DNA of 24,597 nt from positions 1-24,597 of the forward strand of contig JBMORA010000016.1 of assembly GCA_049320885.1 (NCBI GenBank), read 5' to 3'. Positions 19,025 to 24,597 of the stretch are shown piece after piece. This stretch comes from Thermodesulfobacteriota bacterium. Its GTDB lineage: Bacteria; Desulfobacterota; Desulfobacteria; Desulfobacterales; SURF-7. Position 1 is the first letter of the stretch, and each line of letters opens with the position of its first letter. The notes under the pieces were generated by a model that did not search any database, was not told where the DNA came from, and saw only the letters and a program-made list of their open reading frames with translations. The position numbers and the translations under genes are program-made.

Positions 19025-20599
19025 ATGACGAAAAAAACACTCCGGATCATCAATATTGCCCTTGTCGGAGGTGGCTCCTTCTGCGGGGAGTTCCTGAAAA
19101 AGTCCACCCTTGATTATCGCCGGGAAATCTCCGCCCGCATCGTCGCCGTCTCCGATCCGGACGAAAACGCACCCGGAATTTTACTGGCCGGGGAACTGGG
19201 CATCAAAACCGAAACGGACTATACTACCTTCTACGATCCGGCTTACCGTATCGACCTCATTATTCTCATGACCCCGGATCCGGAAATTCTCGAAGATATC
19301 CTGGCCAACAAACCCGGCAATATCCGGTTGCTGTCCTTTCAGACCTTCGAGATATTATGGACGGCCATCGGTCTAGAGGAAAAAAAGCTGAGAGAGCGGA
19401 CCAAGGAAATTGAAACCATCATAGACGGGATTCAAGACTTCATTATGGTGATGAAACCGACCATGGAAGTAATCGAAGTGAATCAGTCGTTTCTCTCCAA
19501 AATGGGCTACAGTCGTGAAGAAGTCATTGGTTGCAAATGCTACGAAATCTATCATAAGATAGATAAGCCCTGCGAATCCAGCCAGATGGATTGCCCCCTG
19601 CAGGACGTCATCCGCAATAAAAGACAGTGCCGCCAAGTTCAAACCCGTCTCATGCCCAACGGCGAAACCCGGTATTATGAAGTCAACATCTACCCCATCT
19701 GGGAAAAAGACGGCAAAATTTCAAAATTCATTCATATCAGCCGCGATATCACTCAGCACAAGCAAGAAGAAGCGGAGATCACCCGAAGGCTTGAAGAAAT
19801 GGTGGAAGAGCGAACCAGCCAGTTGCGTGAAACCCATGCGAAACTCCTTCACCAGGACAAAATGGCTTCACTGGGGAAACTTTCCGCTTCGGTCGTGCAC
19901 GAAATCAATAACCCCATTGCCGGGATCCTGAATCTCATCGTTTTGATGAAACGGATGATCACGGAAGGAGCCTTGGAGAAAGCCGATATCGACCGTTTCA
20001 ATCAATACCTCATTCTTATGGAAACGGAAACCCGCCGCACCAGCCGGATCGTTTCCAACCTGCTGGCCTTTTCCCGTCAATCCAAGATGGAAAGGAAACA
20101 GGTCGATATCAATCAACTGATTGAAAAAACCCTGTTCCTGAACTCAAACCTGCTGAAAATCGACGGCGCGAAAATCGTCACCTCCCTCGACCCGGGCCTG
20201 CCGGAAGTCCTGGGTTCGGAGGATCAACTCCTGCAGGTGTTCATGAATGTAATCTCCAACGCCGCCGAGGCCATCGAAACGGCGGGTGGGGGCGTTCTGA
20301 CAATTTCAACAACAACCGATCGCAGGGAAGGCGCGGTCATTGCCGAGTTCACGGATACCGGTATTGGCATTCCCCGGGAGAATCTGCCGAATATTTTCGA
20401 ACCGTTTTTCACCACCAAAAAAAAAGGCAAGGGGGTGGGACTGGGCTTATCCGTGGCCTATGGAATCATTGAAGAACATGATGGGACGATTTCCGTTGAT
20501 TCAGAAGCCGGCAGAGGGACCACCTTTCTGATTCAGTTACCCCTCAAGCCCTCGGAAAAGAGAAGCAGCGGTTATAGAGGTATCTATGAGCAACACTAA
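19025..20599 (+). CDS. Sensor histidine kinase: Rossmann-like N-domain, PAS, HisKA, HATPase
   Basis: [15 protein letters not shown] (Rossmann-like), PAS with [19 protein letters not shown]...VHEINNP, NAAEA, DTGIGI, FFTTK, GVGLGL. Confidence 0.92.
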   Translation: MTKKTLRIINIALVGGGSFCGEFLKKSTLDYRREISARIVAVSDPDENAPGILLAGELGIKTETDYTTFYDPAYRIDLIILMTPDPEILEDILANKPGNIRLLSFQTFEILWTAIGLEEKKLRERTKEIETIIDGIQDFIMVMKPTMEVIEVNQSFLSKMGYSREEVIGCKCYEIYHKIDKPCESSQMDCPLQDVIRNKRQCRQVQTRLMPNGETRYYEVNIYPIWEKDGKISKFIHISRDITQHKQEEAEITRRLEEMVEERTSQLRETHAKLLHQDKMASLGKLSASVVHEINNPIAGILNLIVLMKRMITEGALEKADIDRFNQYLILMETETRRTSRIVSNLLAFSRQSKMERKQVDINQLIEKTLFLNSNLLKIDGAKIVTSLDPGLPEVLGSEDQLLQVFMNVISNAAEAIETAGGGVLTISTTTDRREGAVIAEFTDTGIGIPRENLPNIFEPFFTTKKKGKGVGLGLSVAYGIIEEHDGTISVDSEAGRGTTFLIQLPLKPSEKRSSGYRGIYEQH

Positions 20600-21926
20600 A
20601 ATCCTGATAGTGGATGACGAACTGATCATGCGGGAATCGCTGGCCGGCTGGCTGGAACGTGACGGCCACGACATCGACAAGGCCAGCAGCGGAGAAGAAG
20701 CGTTGGCGAAAACCCGGACCACCCGCTATGATATCCTGCTCGTGGACATCAAAATGGAAGGCATCAGCGGCCTGGACGTCCTCAAACAGGTCAAGGAAAA
20801 CGATTCGGATATAGCCGTCGTCATGATCACCGCCTATGGCTCCATCCAGACGGCGATCGAGGCGATTAAAAACGGCGCCTATGATTATCTGCTGAAGCCC
20901 TTCGATCCGAATGAACTGGGGATGCTGATCCATAGAATTATACGGGATCAGGCCCAGGCCAGGGAAAACCTGTTTTTACGCGAGGAGTACAAGGAACGCA
21001 CGCGCTTCGAAAGCATGATCGGCCAGTCTCCAGCCATGCAAAAGATTTTCGACCTTATCAAGGATGTCGCGCCGGTCGACTCGACGGTGCTGATTACCGG
21101 CGAAACGGGAACCGGCAAGGGACTTGCGGCCAAAGCCATTCATACCAACAGCCCCCATTGTGAAGGACCGTTCGTTGTCGTCAATTGCGGTGCCATTCCC
21201 GAGCACCTGATGGAGAGCGAACTCTTCGGTCATCAAAAAGGCGCCTTCACGGACGCTCATGAAACCAAAAAGGGGCGACTGGAACTGGCCCACGGCGGGA
21301 CTATTTTCCTGGACGAAATTGGTGAAATCAGCATGCGCATGCAAATAGACTTGCTGAGGGTTCTGGAAGACCATGTGTTTTATCGGGTCGGCGGCACCCA
21401 GCCCATGACAGTCGATTTCCGCATCATCGCCGCCACCAACCGGAATCTGGAGGAAGCCATCCGCAAGGGTATTTTCAGGGAAGATCTGTACTACCGTCTC
21501 AACGTGGTTTCCTTTGAAATGCCTCCGCTGAGAAAAAGAAAAGAGGACATACCGCTGCTGGCGGAACATTTTCTCCACCGCTTCGCCCAGGAAACCAAAA
21601 AAACCATCGACAAAATCAGCCGGCCGGCCATGGATGAAATCATGCTGTACGAATGGCCGGGGAATGTCCGTGAGCTTGAAAACGCCATCGAACGAGCCGT
21701 CGTCGTCGCCAAGGGGCGCAACCTTCAACCGGAGGATCTGCCGCTTTTCCGCTCGGAAATCTGTGTGCCGGCGACCGCATCCCTGAAGGATGTGGAAAGG
21801 GCCCATATCGCCAAGGTTCTGGAAGACAACGGTTGGAATGTATCCAAAAGCGCAAAAATACTCGATATCGACAGAACCACCCTGTATAATAAGATCCGAC
21901 TATACGACATCAAGAAACCCCATTGA
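20586..21926 (+). CDS. Sigma54-dependent response regulator (NtrC/AtoC family: REC-AAA+-HTH)
   Basis: REC; Walker A GETGTGKG; ESELFGH; GAFTDA; Walker B FLDEI; FREDLYYRL; WPGNVRELEN; Fis-type HTH. Confidence 0.95.
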   Translation: MSNTKILIVDDELIMRESLAGWLERDGHDIDKASSGEEALAKTRTTRYDILLVDIKMEGISGLDVLKQVKENDSDIAVVMITAYGSIQTAIEAIKNGAYDYLLKPFDPNELGMLIHRIIRDQAQARENLFLREEYKERTRFESMIGQSPAMQKIFDLIKDVAPVDSTVLITGETGTGKGLAAKAIHTNSPHCEGPFVVVNCGAIPEHLMESELFGHQKGAFTDAHETKKGRLELAHGGTIFLDEIGEISMRMQIDLLRVLEDHVFYRVGGTQPMTVDFRIIAATNRNLEEAIRKGIFREDLYYRLNVVSFEMPPLRKRKEDIPLLAEHFLHRFAQETKKTIDKISRPAMDEIMLYEWPGNVRELENAIERAVVVAKGRNLQPEDLPLFRSEICVPATASLKDVERAHIAKVLEDNGWNVSKSAKILDIDRTTLYNKIRLYDIKKPH

Positions 21927-22489
21927 TCTCCGCTCCCGGCCATATCGTAGTCATCACGCCCATCGGAAATTTCAGCTCCGCGATGCTGTCTGCCGTTTCG
22001 CTGGAGATCCAGCGTATTTTCGGTTTTTCCGTCCGGATTCAATCATTGCTTCCGAATGTGTCTTTCGCCTATGATCTGGATCGCGATCAATACAATTCCA
22101 CCATGATTCTGCAAAAACTGGACGCGGCTGCCCCGCCCGAAGCCGCCAAAGTTCTGGGTATCACGGAAGTGGATTTGTTCATCCCAATCCTCACTTATGT
22201 CTACGGGGAAGCGCAGCTTGGTGGGAAGGCCTGTATCGTTTCCATCCACCGCCTCAGCGAGGGGATTTCACCCGTCAACACCGAGGCGAAATTCGTGGAA
22301 CGGATCACCAAGGAGGCGATCCATGAGCTTGGGCATACGTTCAATCTGCGGCATTGCCCGGATCACGCCTGCAGCATGCATTATTGCCGCTGCATTGCCG
22401 ACGTGGACAACAAATCGGACCAGCTCTGCCGGTACTGCAAAATCCTGCTGGAAGACGCCATCAAAAAAATTCATCCGCCGAATCCGTAA
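21923..22489 (+). CDS. Archaemetzincin-family (M54) Zn-dependent metalloprotease
   Basis: RDQYNS, DLFIPILTYVYGEAQLGG, KEAIHELGHTFNLRHC....CSM...VD.K...LC..C; TTGA overlap with the regulator stop. Confidence 0.88.
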   Translation: MISAPGHIVVITPIGNFSSAMLSAVSLEIQRIFGFSVRIQSLLPNVSFAYDLDRDQYNSTMILQKLDAAAPPEAAKVLGITEVDLFIPILTYVYGEAQLGGKACIVSIHRLSEGISPVNTEAKFVERITKEAIHELGHTFNLRHCPDHACSMHYCRCIADVDNKSDQLCRYCKILLEDAIKKIHPPNP

Positions 22490-22544
22490 TATACCGCGTC
22501 CGAAACCGATCCCCCCGCATAACCCGAGCCCCCTTCTCCCGCTC
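22478..22544 (-). pseudogene. Short degenerate relic of the transposase-like gene at 24213-24597
   Basis: Manual alignment to 24353-24425: 58/67 identities plus one 6-nt gap. Translates EREKGARVMRGDRF--RTRYITDS versus ERKKGYRVTRVDRFRFRTRYFTDS. Confidence 0.85.
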
Positions 22545-22608
22545 GCTGACCGCCACGTGTGCTTTCTATTTATATTTTTACTTACGGGGGCGACCCTCGA
22601 CCTGTGCT

Positions 22609-22914
22609 TCACGCTACGAGTCTTACGGGAACCTCGCGCTGAATTTTAGAGCCTATTTCCCGCTCAGCGACCTTCAGGTCGTAACTTGTCTGCAGGTTCA
22701 GCCAGAACTGGGGCGTTGTGCCGAAATACCGGGCAAGCCGAAGGGCTGTATCGGGAGTGATCGAACGGCGCTCACGCACGATCTCATTGATGCGCGGAGC
22801 CGGAACTTTGAGTTCCATCGCCAATGCATGGGCGCTGAGTCCAAATGGGACAAGAAACTCTTCCCGTAACACTTCACCGGGATGAACCGGCCGCATTTGG
22901 TTTGTCGGATTCAT
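22609..22914 (-). CDS. higA: HigA-family antitoxin (HTH XRE)
   Basis: RPVHPGEVLREEFL, RINEIVRERRSITPDTALRLARYFGTTPQFWLNLQ..YDL; ATG 22914 after GAGGAG. Confidence 0.93.
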   Translation of the reverse strand: MNPTNQMRPVHPGEVLREEFLVPFGLSAHALAMELKVPAPRINEIVRERRSITPDTALRLARYFGTTPQFWLNLQTSYDLKVAEREIGSKIQREVPVRLVA

Positions 22915-22927
22915 AATCGGTATCTCC

Positions 22928-23206
22928 TCAATGGTAATCGATGATCTCGACATCGAAGGCATTGCCTTCCTCGAAGCGAAAACAGATCCGCCAACGTTCA
23001 TTGATGCGAATACTCCACTGACCTTTGCGGTCACCGCGCAAAGCCTCCAGCCTGTTACCCGGCGGGACACGAAGGTCCTCAATTGCATACGCATCGTCCA
23101 GCATTTGCAGTTTACGCTCAGCAACAGTTGCAAATGCCTTGAACTTGCGTGGACATCTGCCTTCGAACAATGCCTGAGCGTGCTTGCATCGGAATGTCTT
23201 GATCAT
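22928..23206 (-). CDS. higB: HigB-family toxin (RelE/ParE superfamily)
   Basis: MIKTF, DLRVPPGNRLEALRGDRKGQWSIRINERWRICF, VEIIDYH; toxin-before-antitoxin order. Confidence 0.93.
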   Translation of the reverse strand: MIKTFRCKHAQALFEGRCPRKFKAFATVAERKLQMLDDAYAIEDLRVPPGNRLEALRGDRKGQWSIRINERWRICFRFEEGNAFDVEIIDYH

Positions 23207-23214
23207 GAACAACT

Positions 23215-23241
23215 ATTATATCGTTGCACGTTTAACGTCAA
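23215..23241 (-). promoter_or_regulatory. higBA promoter with candidate operator in the spacer
   Basis: TTGACG-15 nt-TATAAT, then 8 nt to ATG; imperfect palindrome CGTTgcACGTttAACG at 23222-23237. Confidence 0.6.
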
Positions 23242-23394
23242 GCGCTAAATTGACGGAAATCGACCTGTTTGGAAGCTTTCCTTTTGGAATTGTTCCGGAA
23301 AAATTTGGATGGTCCGCTCTTGACGAAAACCGAGAAGGAATATTATTCACGAACCGTCAAAAAAAAGGTCGCGGCCGCCCCCAGATATCTTCTG

Positions 23395-23440
23395 ACATCA
23401 TGATGTATCTTCTTGACATTTTGATGCATCATTATATATA
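23395..23440 (+). promoter_or_regulatory. vapBC promoter/operator
   Basis: TTGACA (23413-23418)-16 nt-TATATA; palindromes ACATCATGATGT (23395-23406) and TGATGCATCA (23422-23431). Confidence 0.65.
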
Positions 23441-23448
23441 CGTTGATT

Positions 23449-23688
23449 ATGAGAACAACGATTCGAATAGATGACCATTTATTGCATGAAGCCAAAAAAA
23501 TGGCGATGGCGACCAATACTACCCTGTCCGCCCTTGTTGAAACGGCCGTCAAGGAAATGTTGTCAAAGCGCCAAAAAAAAACTCACCGAAAGCCTTTCGC
23601 ATTGCTGACTTATAAAGGTCACGGTCTCAAATATGGCGTTGATCTTGATGACTCCGCCGCACTGCTCGATTTGATGGAAAAAAAATAA
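23449..23688 (+). CDS. vapB: VapB-family (ribbon-helix-helix) antitoxin
   Basis: MRTTIRIDDHLL.EAK..A.....TLSALVE.A...GVDLDDSAALLDLME; TAATG overlap with the PIN toxin. Confidence 0.85.
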   Translation: MRTTIRIDDHLLHEAKKMAMATNTTLSALVETAVKEMLSKRQKKTHRKPFALLTYKGHGLKYGVDLDDSAALLDLMEKK

Positions 23689-24122
23689 TGCTTCTGCCGG
23701 ATGTGAACATTTGGGTTTACGCGCATCGGGAAGACAGCCCGAATCATAAAAAGATCAAGGCGTTTGTTACTAATATGATCGGAAATGACAGCGCTTTCGG
23801 CGTGTCCTCCTTGGTTATGAGCGGATTCCTACGGGTAGTCACGCATCCGAAGATTTTCGACCCGCCGACACCACTTGAGCTTGCAGTACAATTTGCAGAA
23901 GAAATTACCGGTCATCCCGAGGCGGTTCTCGTTTCACCGGGAAATCGCCACTGGGAAATTTTTACTACCCTCTGCAAGCGCACCGAAGCCAGAGGGAATC
24001 TCATTCCAGATGCATATTTTGCCGCTTTGGCAATTGAGTCCGGCAATACCTGGGTCACTACGGACAGAGACTTCAGTCGGTTCCCGGGCCTTGATTGGAA
24101 ACACCCCTTATCTGATTTTTAA
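23688..24122 (+). CDS. vapC: VapC-family PIN-domain ribonuclease toxin
   Basis: LPDVNIWVYA, FLRVVTHP, GNLIPDAYFAALAIE, TTDRDFSRFPGL. Confidence 0.92.
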   Translation: MLLPDVNIWVYAHREDSPNHKKIKAFVTNMIGNDSAFGVSSLVMSGFLRVVTHPKIFDPPTPLELAVQFAEEITGHPEAVLVSPGNRHWEIFTTLCKRTEARGNLIPDAYFAALAIESGNTWVTTDRDFSRFPGLDWKHPLSDF

Positions 24123-24212
24123 TTCATCCGGTTTGTCCTGTTCCCGTTTTCTTTTACGGGACGCCATATGCCCCATCGAATATGTAATCCGCGGAATCCG
24201 CGCCAAAAAATT

Positions 24213-24597
24213 CTACCCCTCCGATAACCGCTTCAAAGAATACATCCCCGCCAATCCCGCAACGGGTTTCGGTTTCTTCTCGTTTTCATAACCGAACAAC
24301 TCCTTCACCCGCTCATACTGCAACCGCACGAACTCCCTGGACCCGATAATCCCCGAATCCGTAAAATACCGCGTCCGGAACCGGAACCGGTCCACCCGCG
24401 TGACCCGATACCCCTTCTTCCGCTCCCGTTCGATGACTTCCTGTTTTATTCCCCTTTCCCCCGTCACCCTTCCAACTTCCCCCTTCTTTATCCCTCCGGC
24501 TTCATACAAAAACCGCCGATACAGCCGCACCCTCTCCGTTGCCTCCGCCACGCCGAATTCCCGCAAGCCGAAATCCATGGACAAAAATCCATCTTTA
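24213..24597 (-). mobile_element. C-terminal part of a probable Y1 (IS200-like / RAYT-type) transposase, truncated by the window edge
   Basis: Frame open to the window end (KDGFLSMDFGL...). RTRYFTDSGIIGSREFV and GMYSLKRL resemble C-termini I recall from deltaproteobacterial Y1 transposases. The catalytic HUH region is not in the window. Confidence 0.65.

Noticed and set aside
21240..21257. GAFTDA instead of GAFTGA as a sign of a sigma54-independent activator
   Set aside because: The key Phe-Thr pair is intact and this variant is common.
22545..23250. higBA as an integron cassette
   Set aside because: TTAGCGC precedes the promoter, but there is no RYYYAAC/attC after higA and no integrase in the window.
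24131..24162. REP-like element or terminator next to the transposase (TCCCGT-8-ACGGGA)
   Set aside because: Single short hairpin with no U-tail and no second copy in the window; cannot be assigned.

Overview
Chromosomal window from an anaerobic deltaproteobacterium (Desulfobacterales/Syntrophales-like, inferred from gene content). It has three parts. (1) 1-7.5 kb: housekeeping genes on the minus strand (serA, DUF1844-like, ispE, tRNA-Gln(UUG), prs, rplY, pth, K+-independent membrane pyrophosphatase hppA). (2) 7.7-22.5 kb: a C1/redox module. A minus-strand operon encodes a 1477-aa HdrA-like (HdrL-type) flavoprotein and MvhD, each with an in-frame UGA at a conserved Cys position followed by a SECIS-like hairpin, then MetV and MetF. 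The ORF track splits or truncates both selenoprotein genes. The operon is bracketed by signalling genes: a lone REC protein, an AroE-like protein with substituted active-site residues, a PAS kinase with an H-Q H-box and a REC-PAS kinase on one side; divergently, a Rossmann-PAS kinase, a sigma54 activator and an archaemetzincin protease. (3) 22.5-24.6 kb: accessory DNA with divergent higBA and vapBC toxin-antitoxin pairs, lying between a partial Y1/RAYT-like transposase and a 67-bp degenerate copy of part of that gene. The best candidate for an under-described system is the Sec-HdrL/Sec-MvhD/MetVF complex together with its surrounding sensory cascade.
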